From a candidate division WOR-3 bacterium (GTDB lineage Bacteria; Hydrothermota; Hydrothermia; LBFQ01): a stretch of DNA of 64,000 nt. The translations under genes and the position numbers were made by a program. Under the pieces are notes generated by a model. The model made no database searches. It was not told where the DNA came from and saw nothing but the letters and a program-made list of their open reading frames with translations. Numbering within the stretch: the first letter of the stretch is position 1; each line of letters opens with the position of its first letter. Shown here piece by piece: positions 19,606-29,786 of this stretch. The stretch is from assembly GCA_015492295.1 (NCBI GenBank), contig WGFI01000094.1, positions 8,560 through 72,559 of the forward strand. The letters run 5' to 3'.

Positions 19606-20763
19606 TTATCGTAGGAAATATCGGTCAATAACATACTCCGCAAAGGCCAAGGAGGATGTAAAGGCAGGAGAAACGGCATTCAGAATATGAATGATGTTAC
19701 CCCTTTTGATCAGTATAAAATCGTTTTCCATCCTACCTTCATAAAAGTTTATCACTTGTGATCTGACTCCGAACTTCTTTGAAGGTATAATCTTTAAACC
19801 CTTAATATCCATTATCCTTTCCAATTCTCTGAATATACCTAAAAACTTGGTTATAGTTTCCCGATAAGCGTACCTTATGATTTCCGGATTTTTGAGAGCT
19901 AGATGTAAGAATGAAGGGAGGATTTCCAGAATCTCGGAAGATAAGTTTCCGTATCTTCCCAAGGACAGCGTCGCGTTCGGTCCTACGAAAATCTTACCAG
20001 CTGGACTTCTACTCGCATGTACCCCTAAGAAAGGTAGGTTGAGATTCGGTGCAGGATATATGTTCCCTTTTATATAAGCGATTTTATCCCCCACGAGTTC
20101 CCAATATGAACCTTTAAAGGGCAATATATGGTATTCTTCGGCATCCCCAAATTTATGTGCGACCTTATCCGCAAATATTCCAGCACAATTTATAAACATA
20201 TCAAATCCGATTTTACCTTCGGATGTTAAAATCTCATTTTTGCTCAAGGGCTTTATAAATTTAACTCCCAAAAGAACCTTACCTTTACCCTCAATTTCAA
20301 TATCTTCCTTTAAACTTTCAAGCACTTTAATAGGATCCGTATTCGCAGTGGATTCAACATATAAAGCGTATCCAAAAGTCTTAGCTAGGGGTTCTATTCT
20401 TTTCAGCTCTCTCTCATCCACCATTTCCACCTTTACACCATTCAATCTAGCTCTTTCTTTTAGTATTTCAAGCGTTTTCAAATCCCTTTCATCCCTCGCA
20501 ACTATCACCTTCCCATTCTCAATTAAGGGTAGTCCCTTTTCTTTTATGTAGTTCTTCATATATTTATTTCCTTTGACACACAGCTCGGCTTTCAAACTCT
20601 TGGAACGATAATATATACCCGAATGTATGACTCCGCTGTTGTTTCCGGAGGCATGCACCCCCAACCTGTTCTCCTTTTCAAGAACCAGAACCTTGAATCC
20701 CCTTCTCACCAATTCCCTCGCTATACTCAACCCTACTATACCTGCACCGCATACTACCACCAT
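19606..20763 (-). CDS. FAD-dependent oxidoreductase (L-2-hydroxyglutarate oxidase / glycerol-3-phosphate dehydrogenase-like)
   Basis: 385 aa. The N-terminal Rossmann fold is VVVCGAGIVGLSIARELVRRGFKVLVLEK, and GVHASGNNSGVIHSGIYY is typical of the LhgO/DAO family. Confidence 0.65.
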   Translation of the reverse strand: MVVVCGAGIVGLSIARELVRRGFKVLVLEKENRLGVHASGNNSGVIHSGIYYRSKSLKAELCVKGNKYMKNYIKEKGLPLIENGKVIVARDERDLKTLEILKERARLNGVKVEMVDERELKRIEPLAKTFGYALYVESTANTDPIKVLESLKEDIEIEGKGKVLLGVKFIKPLSKNEILTSEGKIGFDMFINCAGIFADKVAHKFGDAEEYHILPFKGSYWELVGDKIAYIKGNIYPAPNLNLPFLGVHASRSPAGKIFVGPNATLSLGRYGNLSSEILEILPSFLHLALKNPEIIRYAYRETITKFLGIFRELERIMDIKGLKIIPSKKFGVRSQVINFYEGRMENDFILIKRGNIIHILNAVSPAFTSSLAFAEYVIDRYFLR

Positions 20764-21566
20764 TTCACTATTTCCAGGCTCATGTCAATGGGCTTGGCGC
20801 CCTTAGTTATAAACCCGACGGAAACCCTATCGGGCTTTAATTTCACTATCTCGCTTAGATTGTCCAAATTCACACCCCCCGATATTTCCACCTTAACCTT
20901 ACCCTTAGCGATACTCATGGCCTTTCGCAAGGTCTCTACATCCATATTATCAAGTAATACCCAATCAACATTGAGGGTCAAGGCCTCCTCCAACTCTTCC
21001 AGATTCTCAACTTCAACCTCTATGATCGCATGCTCTCCCAAGGTTTTCCTGACCATATTCACCGCATCGGATACGCTCCCAGCCAATCTCTTATGATTAT
21101 CCTTTATCATAACGATCTCCGATAAAGACATCCTATGATTGTATCCACCACCCACCCTTACGGCGTACTTTTCTAAGAATCTCATCAAAGGGGTCGTCTT
21201 ACGAGTATCATATATGGGAACTCCACTGGAATTCTTCACGAATTCGCGGGTTATGGTTGCTATTCCACACAGTCTTGAAAGTATATTTAACAGCGTTCTC
21301 TCACACATAAGTACATCGTATCCTGCACCTTTCACATTAGCTATAGTATCACCCTCCTTGAACTCCTCACCGTCGCCCAATGATTCTATCTTGAAATTGA
21401 ACAACTCCGAGAATTCATCAAGAATCAACCTTCCAGCGAATATTCCCGATTCCTTCGCGACGATCACCCCTTCAACGTACCTATCTTTGGCTATACATAG
21501 CGATGTTATATCTCCGAAAGGAGCATCCTCGTTTATGGCTTCAATTATGAACTCCCTAAGTGTCAT
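20754..21566 (-). CDS. nadC: Nicotinate-nucleotide pyrophosphorylase (carboxylating), quinolinate phosphoribosyltransferase
   Basis: 270 aa. It shows the QPRTase N-terminal and TIM-barrel pattern (MCERTLLNILSRLCGIATIT...LLDNM...GGV). Confidence 0.8.
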   Translation of the reverse strand: MTLREFIIEAINEDAPFGDITSLCIAKDRYVEGVIVAKESGIFAGRLILDEFSELFNFKIESLGDGEEFKEGDTIANVKGAGYDVLMCERTLLNILSRLCGIATITREFVKNSSGVPIYDTRKTTPLMRFLEKYAVRVGGGYNHRMSLSEIVMIKDNHKRLAGSVSDAVNMVRKTLGEHAIIEVEVENLEELEEALTLNVDWVLLDNMDVETLRKAMSIAKGKVKVEISGGVNLDNLSEIVKLKPDRVSVGFITKGAKPIDMSLEIVKWW

Positions 21567-22296
21567 ATTTCAGAACTCTCTCCGCATATCTCAAATCCTC
21601 CGGCGTATCTATGCTTATACCATCGTAATCTACGATGCCAACCTTTATCTTCCATCCATGGTACAATGCTCTTAACTGTTCGAGTTCCTCCTTGATCTCC
21701 AACTCCGGGCGCTGCAACTTCGTAAATTCCAAAAGTTTCTCCACCGTATATCCGTATATGCCTATATGAATAAGAACATGATGGGATCCATAAGGGATTG
21801 AATATCGTGAGAAGTAAAGGGAATAGCCGTTTTTGTTTAAAACCACCTTAACCCTATTAGGATCGTTATCCTTTTTGGAAACCTTAGCGAGCGTATAAAT
21901 ATCAGCATCATCTTTCTTCATCATTTCAAATATTTTTTCCACGAGGAACGATTTTATAAACGGCTCATCACCCTGTAAATTCACCACTTTAACCTCCCTA
22001 TCAAAATCCCTCAAAGCGTAGGCCAACCTGTCGGTTCCCGATGGGAGATCGGAAGGCGTTAAAATTACCTCACAGAGATCGCGTACAGCATCCTTTATTC
22101 TCTCATCATCCGTTGCCACAATGACCTTTGCATCTTTAACCTTCAATGCACTTTCAACAACCCACCGTATGACGGGCTTTCCTCCGAGATTCGCCAACAG
22201 CTTCCCCGGAAATCTTCTTGAACCGTACCTCGCCGGTATCCCTACTATTCTCAAAGTATTCCACCCGTGGGTAATATAACCACTTCCTTCATCCAA
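21556..22296 (-). CDS. kdsB: 3-deoxy-manno-octulosonate cytidylyltransferase (CMP-Kdo synthetase)
   Basis: 246 aa. The sequence IVGIPARYGSRRFPGKLLANLGGKPVIRWV...VVNLQGDEP matches the KdsB nucleotide-binding and QGDEP motifs. Confidence 0.85.
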   Translation of the reverse strand: MDEGSGYITHGWNTLRIVGIPARYGSRRFPGKLLANLGGKPVIRWVVESALKVKDAKVIVATDDERIKDAVRDLCEVILTPSDLPSGTDRLAYALRDFDREVKVVNLQGDEPFIKSFLVEKIFEMMKKDDADIYTLAKVSKKDNDPNRVKVVLNKNGYSLYFSRYSIPYGSHHVLIHIGIYGYTVEKLLEFTKLQRPELEIKEELEQLRALYHGWKIKVGIVDYDGISIDTPEDLRYAERVLKYDT

Positions 22297-22904
22297 CCCT
22301 TATTTCTAAGTATCCCGATAACGACATCCGCCACATCCTCAGGTTTAAGCATACTATCCCGTGAATATGTATAACCCACATCACTCCAAATGTTGGTATC
22401 AACGGCCCCAGGAAGTATTACGCTAACCTTTATTCTGCCTTTCAACTCCTCCGCGAGCGATAACGCGAAACCCAAGAGACCGAATTTTGAAGCACAGTAA
22501 GCGGACCATCCGGGAAAGGCTTCCTTTGAGGCGACGGAACCTATGAATACGATGTTCCCCCCCTTCTTAATATGGCTTAATGCGGCCTTTACGGTATAGA
22601 ACGCTCCGTTGAGGTTGGTGCGTATAACATCCTCCCAATCGCCTATATCCATATTTTCAACATATCCAACGCGGGCTATACCAGCATTTACAACGAGAAC
22701 ATCAATATCCCCACTCTCATCTACGACCTTTTCTACTGCTGATTTAATCTCTTCAAACTTTCTGACATCCGCTTTTATGTAATTGAACTCCGGAAAATCT
22801 TCCCTTCGGCCGGTTATATAAACACTGTAACCCTCATCCCTGAGCTTTCTCGCTATCGCCAATCCTATACCCGATGTTCCACCGGTTATAAAGCCTACTG
22901 GCAT
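22251..22904 (-). CDS. SDR-family oxidoreductase
   Basis: 217 aa. The motifs are TGGTSGIGLAIARKL (TGxxxGIG), NAG, and YxxxK (YCASKFG). Confidence 0.75.
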   Translation of the reverse strand: MPVGFITGGTSGIGLAIARKLRDEGYSVYITGRREDFPEFNYIKADVRKFEEIKSAVEKVVDESGDIDVLVVNAGIARVGYVENMDIGDWEDVIRTNLNGAFYTVKAALSHIKKGGNIVFIGSVASKEAFPGWSAYCASKFGLLGFALSLAEELKGRIKVSVILPGAVDTNIWSDVGYTYSRDSMLKPEDVADVVIGILRNKGWMKEVVILPTGGIL

Positions 22905-24295
22905 TACTTCGTAGCTCGTTTCAGGTATTCTATAACCGCCTTGGTTTCCTCATCAGTTATACCACCCGGAATGATCATCGGAACTTTATATTCTTCAAAC
23001 AGCTTTTTAGCCTCGGGATCGTTCTTTATCATTGAATCAGGTTTGGTGATCATCAGGAACACCCACTTTTCAGTCCTTCGGCTGAATAATCCTTTTAAAG
23101 CGGGACCCACAAGCTTTTTATCTATCAAATGACAAGCCTTACATTTTTGATTGAATATACTCTCTCCCCTCTTAACGAGCTCCTCGGAGACCTCCGGGGT
23201 GCCTTTTTCCTCCTGAGCGCCTTCCATTTGGGTGGTATCCGAAGGTTTTGATTCTTTAACCTCAATCGTATCCTGCGCTCCTTTTTCGGCTTCAACCTTT
23301 TTTACCCTTTTGATCCTCGGAATATACTCCGCTGGTAGTTTAACTTTTTTCCAAGACATAACGAGCATGGTTAGAGCTCTATTTTCATCGTCCGTAAATC
23401 CAAAGTTGGGCATCGTGGATGTTGGTGTTATGGATCTCGGCTCCTCAAAATGTAAGAGATGCCATGAGAAGATCGTGAGAGGCAGACCTCTCCTTTCTAT
23501 TTCCTCCTTTATACTCCTTCCGCTTTTGACAGGTTTTCCATCCTTGATCTCATAGTATGGGCCTCTCATGTCAAACATTTCGGGCATCTTTGAACCCTCA
23601 TAGGTTAGATCGGGACCGATCTTTCCTCCTTCACCGTTTATTATATGACAGGTCTTACATGCCTTTTCTTCAACCAACTTCTTAGCTAAATTTATGTAAG
23701 GCATGCCGGGAACGCTATCCTCGTACCTATGACATATATTGCAGTTTATCTCCATAAGAGGAAGCTTTTGCCAATCCTTAAAACCGTACTCCTTGGCCTT
23801 CTCAGCCGACAACAGAGGCTCAAGCCATCTTACCTTTTTCTTACCCTCATGTATTACGTGTGCTTCCCTTAAATTCGTTGCGTACCCTTGCCCACCATGA
23901 CATGTCGTGCAACCGAACTTTTTAAAGGGATGTTTGGCTATCAAACCTTTCAGATCAGGATGCGTTCTGAAAACCTTAGGCACATCTTCACCATCCAAAC
24001 CCTTCCATTCGTATCCCATATGACATGTTATACACCTCTCAACCTTTCCAAGTTCGGGTATCCAGATCTGCTTAACACCGAAGGTGATCTTGCTCGCCAC
24101 CTCCTTGCCGAACTTCTTTTCAATCAACGATTTGAACTCTCGCTGGTATTTTATATACTCCGGATTCAACTCCTTGTATATCGCTATACCGAGTAAAAAC
24201 GCGCCTATTATAGCCAAACCGTATATTATCCAAGAATCATAAGGAAACGGGTCATCCTTAACATCGGGTAAAGGTTGCTTCTTGGGTGTTGCCAT
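22904..24295 (-). CDS. Membrane-anchored pentaheme cytochrome c (c subunit of the Rieske/cytb complex)
   Basis: 463 aa with one N-terminal TM helix. It has five CxxCH motifs (CITCH, CTTCH, CNICH, CKTCH, CKACH). The last lies in a class-I monoheme-like C-terminal domain. It is the last gene of the Rieske-cytb operon. Confidence 0.75.
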   Translation of the reverse strand: MATPKKQPLPDVKDDPFPYDSWIIYGLAIIGAFLLGIAIYKELNPEYIKYQREFKSLIEKKFGKEVASKITFGVKQIWIPELGKVERCITCHMGYEWKGLDGEDVPKVFRTHPDLKGLIAKHPFKKFGCTTCHGGQGYATNLREAHVIHEGKKKVRWLEPLLSAEKAKEYGFKDWQKLPLMEINCNICHRYEDSVPGMPYINLAKKLVEEKACKTCHIINGEGGKIGPDLTYEGSKMPEMFDMRGPYYEIKDGKPVKSGRSIKEEIERRGLPLTIFSWHLLHFEEPRSITPTSTMPNFGFTDDENRALTMLVMSWKKVKLPAEYIPRIKRVKKVEAEKGAQDTIEVKESKPSDTTQMEGAQEEKGTPEVSEELVKRGESIFNQKCKACHLIDKKLVGPALKGLFSRRTEKWVFLMITKPDSMIKNDPEAKKLFEEYKVPMIIPGGITDEETKAVIEYLKRATK

Positions 24296-24308
24296 CTTAT
24301 ACCTCCTT

Positions 24309-25544
24309 TTAAATTATCTCCGGAAGTTCAGGCCACGCCCAAGGCCAATAAACTCCCCAATAAGGACCACGGAAATACATCGCGAAGATAATCATACCCA
24401 CTATCAACAAAGCGAAGAAGGTGAAAACTAAGTTCTGTACAAGCCTACTTCTATGGAACCATACGCCTGTTGCCTCGGGAGGACTCTTATCAATGAACGC
24501 CCATATGGTTGCGGCACCTCCCAGTATAGCGGGTATAAGGACACCACCTATGAATCCACCGTTAAGGGTGAAACCACCTATCCTTATGGTGGTTATGGCG
24601 ACGAGTTCCTGAAGCCATAGGAAATACCAGGGTGCCTTGGCGGGGTTGGGCGTCCATTCTAAACTCGCGGGCTCTTCAAGTGGAGATTCGAGAAAAACGG
24701 TTAAAAACAACACCCAAACGAATGTTCCCAAAGACACCAAGATTATTCTCCTTACGGCCCAAGGTGTTGAGAATACCATCTCAGGCTGCACAGGTTTCCC
24801 GCTCTTCCTCGCTATCTTTTCCTGCTCAACCGAAGCCAAACCTTCATCCTTCCTGATCCTCCACATGTGATAAGAAAACAGAACGAGGAGAAGCGCGGGT
24901 AGGAATATAACATGTAAGGTGTAAAATCTTATAAGAGCGTTCTGATCCAATCTGGTTCCACCAGCTAGGACATAATAAATATCATCGCCGAGTATCGGAA
25001 CGGATCTGGCTATCTGGGTTCCAACCGTAACTGCCCATATAGCTAGCTGATCCCAGGGTAGGAGATACCCGCTGAAAGAGAGGAGAAGTGTGACCCCTAA
25101 GAGTATCATCCCAACGACCCAGTTGATCTGCCTTTTCGCCATATGACTGATACCGTTCTTATACGCCCCGGTATAGAATACCCTTACCATGTGCAGGAAC
25201 ACGGATGCCACCATCATGTGAGCAGCCCATCTGTGCATATTTCTCAGAAACCAACCGAAGGATACGGCATATTCCAAATCCTTTATGGATTGATAAGCCC
25301 TTTCGACCGAGGGAACGTAAAGGAACATAAGGATTATACCCGTTATGGTTAGTATAAAAAATAGTACAGCGGAGATGGTACCCAACCAGAGGCTGTAACC
25401 CCAGGATAGACTGCGCTTGGTCATTCTGGGTGGGAACCAGTGCAACCAGAAGTTTCTGGTTATAGCCTTACCCGCCTCACCTCTATCAGCAGGATCAAAA
25501 GTCCATATCAAAGCCCTCCAAACCTGATAGAGTTTCTCCTTCAT
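24309..25544 (-). CDS. Cytochrome b (fused b6/subunit-IV-like)
   Basis: 411 aa. Motifs include WGYSLWLGTISAVLF...FLYVP, the His pair in WAAHMMVASVFLHMVRVFYTGAYK and the PEW motif (LPWDQLAIW). Eight or more TM helices are predicted. Confidence 0.85.
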   Translation of the reverse strand: MKEKLYQVWRALIWTFDPADRGEAGKAITRNFWLHWFPPRMTKRSLSWGYSLWLGTISAVLFFILTITGIILMFLYVPSVERAYQSIKDLEYAVSFGWFLRNMHRWAAHMMVASVFLHMVRVFYTGAYKNGISHMAKRQINWVVGMILLGVTLLLSFSGYLLPWDQLAIWAVTVGTQIARSVPILGDDIYYVLAGGTRLDQNALIRFYTLHVIFLPALLLVLFSYHMWRIRKDEGLASVEQEKIARKSGKPVQPEMVFSTPWAVRRIILVSLGTFVWVLFLTVFLESPLEEPASLEWTPNPAKAPWYFLWLQELVAITTIRIGGFTLNGGFIGGVLIPAILGGAATIWAFIDKSPPEATGVWFHRSRLVQNLVFTFFALLIVGMIIFAMYFRGPYWGVYWPWAWPELPEII

Positions 25545-26053
25545 ACCTTTAACCTCCAGTCCTTCTTAACTTCCCTTGACATATCAACCACCAAAAAACC
25601 CGTAGCTGGGTCTATCTCTAAGGGATAATGAGGAAGACCTCTTGGGGCCGGACCGGCGTATATATCTCCATCCTGCGTATATTTTGACCCATGACAGGGG
25701 CAGTGGAATTCCCATTCTTCCTCTATTATCTTACCGAGTATCTTCTTTTTAACCTTCTGACCGAAAGGAACGAAATTCACCGTACATCCGAGATGCTGGC
25801 ATATCGCGGATATCGCCCAAACCTCGTTTCCCTTTTTGAATACAAACAGCCTATGCTCCGGAAAGTAGTTCATACCCTCTGCCAGATTCTTAGGATCTAT
25901 GAGTCTAACCCTCTTTGGAGGCTCGTAAAGTATGTTCGGCCATAGGGATCTGGCGAAACCCGCGAATACACCTCCTAAGGTTCCATACCCCACAAGCCTA
26001 CCTATATTCTTCAAAAATTCCCTACGCTTGCTCTTGATCTCCTTATCGGTCAT
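25541..26053 (-). CDS. Rieske [2Fe-2S] iron-sulfur protein
   Basis: 170 aa. It has a Tat-like N-terminus (RREFLKNIGRL) and the two Rieske boxes CQHLGC and CPCHGS. A TATAAT element lies 10 nt upstream of the ATG. Confidence 0.85.
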   Translation of the reverse strand: MTDKEIKSKRREFLKNIGRLVGYGTLGGVFAGFARSLWPNILYEPPKRVRLIDPKNLAEGMNYFPEHRLFVFKKGNEVWAISAICQHLGCTVNFVPFGQKVKKKILGKIIEEEWEFHCPCHGSKYTQDGDIYAGPAPRGLPHYPLEIDPATGFLVVDMSREVKKDWRLKV

Positions 26054-26144
26054 AAGACTGGGTATTATACTACGGAAAAAGATAAAAAAAGAAGCAAAAT
26101 ATGATAATTATATTTGGAGTGGTGCGGGAAGGAAAGATAAACCG

Positions 26145-26155
26145 CCTTAGAATTC
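26145..26155 (+). promoter_or_regulatory. CCTTAGAATTC promoter-like -10 element, 6 nt upstream of the ileS ATG
   Basis: This is an instance of the recurring motif, with no SD between it and the ATG at 26162. Confidence 0.45.
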
Positions 26156-26161
26156 CCAACT

Positions 26162-28942
26162 ATGGGAAAATCCTATAAGGAAACTTTGAATATGCCCAAA
26201 ACGGACTTTCCCATGAGAGGGAACCTGCCCAAAAGGGAGCCTATATTTCAAAAAAAATGGGAAGATAAGAGGATATTTGATAGGTTAAAGACCAGGGAAG
26301 GAGATCTTTTCATTCTTCACGATGGACCCCCCTACTCAAACGGACATATACACATAGGACACGCCCTTAACAAAACCCTGAAAGATATAGTTGTAAGATA
26401 TAAGGCTCTTAGAGGTTATAGGATCAGTTTCGTTTTGGGTTGGGATAATCATGGCATGCCCATAGAAAAGGAAGTCGTTGAGAAGGACGAAGAAATCAAA
26501 TCACTACTGAAAACGAAAAGTATAAAGGATCCAGAGGTGAAGTTGAAGATTCGGGAGAAGTGTAGGGAGTTTGCTAAAAGGTGGGTTGATGTGCAAAAGG
26601 AGGAGTTTAAAAGGCTCGGTGTTCTTACCGATTGGAACGATATATACCTTACGATGGATCCCGAAATAGAGGCGTATGAGACCGAACTCTTGGCGGAATT
26701 GGTTGAAAGGGGATACATTTATAGGGATTATATGCCTCTTCCCTGGTCAAGGGAAAGCCAGAGCGCGTTGGCTATGGCAGAAATAGAGTATTACGATAAA
26801 GTCTCCCCATCTTTGTGGTTTTTAACCAGATGTTTGGATGAGAATTTTTATATATTGGTATGGACTACTACACCTTGGACGCTTTTTGGAAACAGGGCGT
26901 TCGCCTTTTCACCGGATATGGATTATGTATTCTTGAAGGTTGAGGATAAAGTTATAGTTTTCGGTAAGGAGAACTTTAATAGGGTCAAGGAGGAAACGAG
27001 TATAAACGGCGAAATGATACGGGTTGAAAATGGAAGATACTTTGAGGGAAAAAGGTTTCAACACCCTCTGTTCAAGGACTTGATTTCTCCGGGTATCCTT
27101 GCGCCTTTCGTGTCCTCCGAGGAAGGTTCAGGCATAGTGCATATCGCCCCCGGTCATGGTAAGGAGGATTATGAGATAGGAAAGGTTTATTCTCTTGAAG
27201 TTTTTTCGCCCGTTGATGAGTTGGGAAACTTCACAGAGGAGGCTGATAGACAAACTTCTTATCCGTTGAATGTTGCGGGTAAAAGCATAGAGGAAGGAGG
27301 AGAAAGGGCAATAGAGAGATTGAAGGAGCAGGGGTTTTTCGTCAAACTGGGAGAATATACCCACAGCTATCCGCACGATTGGAGATACAAGAAGCCTCTG
27401 ATTTTTAGAGCGACTGGACAGTGGTTCTTATCGGTTGATCACGACTCTTTAAGGGAAAGGGCTTTAAAATCCATCAAAGAGGATGTCAAATGGCATCCTC
27501 CGGAAAGCATAAACAGGATTTACGCCTCCGTGAAAGAGAGACCGGATTGGGTCATATCAAGACAAAGGGCGTGGGGAGTGTTCATACCGGCCATAAAATG
27601 CGTATCGTGTAATAACGAGTACCTTGAACCATCGGTTATGAAAACTTTGGCGAGATACATAAAAGACGGTGATGTGGATGCATGGATAAGATTGGATATA
27701 AGGAAATTCCTTCCTGAGGATTATAAATGCAGGAAATGTGGAGGAGTGGAGTTTGAGAAATCCTATGATATACTTGATGTTTGGTTTGATTCTGGATCAA
27801 CGAACATAACCGTTTTGGAGAAAAGGAGCATCGGTTGGCCTGCCGATGTTTATCTTGAAGGATGGGATCAACATAGGGGGTGGTTTAACGCTTCTTTGAT
27901 GATAGGGATGGCGCATAAGGGGAAACCTCCGTATAAGGTCGTGATAACCCATGGCTTCGTTCTGGATCATCTCGGAAGGGCCATGCACAAATCCTTGGGA
28001 AATGTGGTATCACCTCAGGAGATAATAAACAAGTATGGGGCGGATGTTTTGAGACTCTGGGCGGTGTCCTCCGATTACACTCAGGATCTTCGTATAGGTG
28101 ATGAGATAATGGCAAGAGTTGTGGATGCATATCGGAAGATAAGGAACACTTACAGGTATCTGCTTTCAAACCTTTACGATTTTGACAAACCCCTTGAATA
28201 TGAATCCCTATTGCCTATGGATAAGTGGGCCTTGGATAGGCTTTATGACTTGGTTAAGGAGTGTCAGAGATTTTACGATAACTACGAGTTTGATAAGGTG
28301 TTTCGTAAGTCCTATGATTTTGTGGTGGATATGTCATCTTTTTACTTTGAATCCTTAAAGGACAGGTTATACACATATTCAGCGGACAGTCTTGAAAGGA
28401 GATCGGCACAAACGGTTCTTTATCATATACTTTATCATCTAAGCATGATATTCGCACCCATAATACCTCATACCGCTGAGGAAGTTTGGGAACATTCGCC
28501 TTTCAAGGATAAAAGCGAGAGCATATTCCTTGAAGTTTGGGAGGATGTACCGGATAGGTTTAGGAATGAGGAAATAAGAGGGGATTTTTCCTTGTTGAGA
28601 TCCATGCGGGATGAGGTTTATCCTTCATTGGAAGTCCTGCGAAGGGAGAAGAAGGTAATAGGTCAGAATCTTGATGCCCGTATAGAGTTCAAACCTAAGG
28701 ATGAATATGTGGATATTCTGAGGAGATACGAGAACTATCTCACAGAAATTTTTGGGGTATCCCAGTTTGTTATAACATCGTCTCCTGAGGGGGATGAGAA
28801 GTTTTCAGGGGAATTCGGCGTCTGGGCCGTTTCTCACGCGAAAGGAAAGAAGTGTCCGAGATGCTGGATTTGGTTTGAAACATTTGAGGGGGAAGTCTGC
28901 GATAAATGTAAAAGGGCCCTAAGCGCCATACCTCAAAGTTGA
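26162..28942 (+). CDS. ileS: Isoleucine--tRNA ligase
   Basis: 926 aa. It has the HIGH motif (PYSNGHIHIGHALN), the KMSKS motif (KSLGNV...) and a C-terminal zinc cluster (CPRCW...CDKC). Confidence 0.95.
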   Translation: MGKSYKETLNMPKTDFPMRGNLPKREPIFQKKWEDKRIFDRLKTREGDLFILHDGPPYSNGHIHIGHALNKTLKDIVVRYKALRGYRISFVLGWDNHGMPIEKEVVEKDEEIKSLLKTKSIKDPEVKLKIREKCREFAKRWVDVQKEEFKRLGVLTDWNDIYLTMDPEIEAYETELLAELVERGYIYRDYMPLPWSRESQSALAMAEIEYYDKVSPSLWFLTRCLDENFYILVWTTTPWTLFGNRAFAFSPDMDYVFLKVEDKVIVFGKENFNRVKEETSINGEMIRVENGRYFEGKRFQHPLFKDLISPGILAPFVSSEEGSGIVHIAPGHGKEDYEIGKVYSLEVFSPVDELGNFTEEADRQTSYPLNVAGKSIEEGGERAIERLKEQGFFVKLGEYTHSYPHDWRYKKPLIFRATGQWFLSVDHDSLRERALKSIKEDVKWHPPESINRIYASVKERPDWVISRQRAWGVFIPAIKCVSCNNEYLEPSVMKTLARYIKDGDVDAWIRLDIRKFLPEDYKCRKCGGVEFEKSYDILDVWFDSGSTNITVLEKRSIGWPADVYLEGWDQHRGWFNASLMIGMAHKGKPPYKVVITHGFVLDHLGRAMHKSLGNVVSPQEIINKYGADVLRLWAVSSDYTQDLRIGDEIMARVVDAYRKIRNTYRYLLSNLYDFDKPLEYESLLPMDKWALDRLYDLVKECQRFYDNYEFDKVFRKSYDFVVDMSSFYFESLKDRLYTYSADSLERRSAQTVLYHILYHLSMIFAPIIPHTAEEVWEHSPFKDKSESIFLEVWEDVPDRFRNEEIRGDFSLLRSMRDEVYPSLEVLRREKKVIGQNLDARIEFKPKDEYVDILRRYENYLTEIFGVSQFVITSSPEGDEKFSGEFGVWAVSHAKGKKCPRCWIWFETFEGEVCDKCKRALSAIPQS

Positions 28943-29616
28943 AATACATCATCAAAGGTGTAGTATCCCTTCTCTTTATCTTTTATGAACTCTAATGCCA
29001 TAGCTACCCCCTTTGCCAACGCTTTTCTTGATGATAACCTATGGGTGAGTTCAAGCCTTTCCCCATCAGAAAATATAAAAACCGTATGCTCTCCAAAAAC
29101 ATCACCCCCCCTAAGGCCAAATACCCCTATATCCTTTTCTTTCCTCATTCCAGTTCTGTTAGTTATTATACTTCCGTCAAACAACGATGCTATACTTAAA
29201 GCCGTGCCACTCGGTGAATCCTTTTTCCATCTGTGGTGTATTTCACATATCTCAACATCCCAATCCGTTATATAAGAGAGTATAGACTTTATGGCCTTCT
29301 TTAAGAGCGCTATCCCTACGGAGAAATTTGCAGAATGAACTATCGGTATATGATCACCGAAACTTTTTATAATTCTCATTTGCTCTTCATTATGACCCGT
29401 GGTACCCAAGATGTATTTCTTTCCATACTTTTTAGCATATTCAAGCGCGGGTATCGTTGCCTCGGGTAATGCAAACTCTATTACAACATCGCAGAGTTTG
29501 ATCGGTTCAAAGCTGTCGCCCTTTCTGATTTTACCCACGATCTCAACGCCCATCTCCGACAGAACCGAATTTACCTCCCTACCCATCCTACCATAACCCA
29601 GGAGTGCAACTTTCAT
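28933..29616 (-). CDS. dapB: 4-hydroxy-tetrahydrodipicolinate reductase
   Basis: 227 aa. It has the N-terminal NAD(P) fold MKVALLGYGRMGREV and the DapB C-terminal substrate domain (HHRWKKDSPSGTA). Confidence 0.85.
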   Translation of the reverse strand: MKVALLGYGRMGREVNSVLSEMGVEIVGKIRKGDSFEPIKLCDVVIEFALPEATIPALEYAKKYGKKYILGTTGHNEEQMRIIKSFGDHIPIVHSANFSVGIALLKKAIKSILSYITDWDVEICEIHHRWKKDSPSGTALSIASLFDGSIITNRTGMRKEKDIGVFGLRGGDVFGEHTVFIFSDGERLELTHRLSSRKALAKGVAMALEFIKDKEKGYYTFDDVFQL

Positions 29617-29726
29617 AGCGGGAATTATATTGGAGAAAATCTTGGAAGTTTTCCTCTTTATAATATTCGGTTGCGGTTTATAAAAGGTATGTGCGAACAG
29701 TTCCTATATTTTCCAAATTCGGTGGT

Positions 29727-29747
29727 ATATCCGAATATTTCGGATAT
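29727..29747. promoter_or_regulatory. Perfect palindrome ATATCCGAA-TAT-TTCGGATAT upstream of the putative REase gene
   Basis: It has 9-bp inverted arms and a 3-nt spacer, about 40 nt upstream of the R-gene ATG. A second partial palindrome (AAATTCGG...CCGAATATTT) overlaps it. It is a candidate operator, as with controller-protein C-boxes, or a dapB terminator. Confidence 0.35.
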
Positions 29748-29786
29748 GAAGGGGTTAGGTGAGATTGGGCTTGAGGAGGAGCGAAT

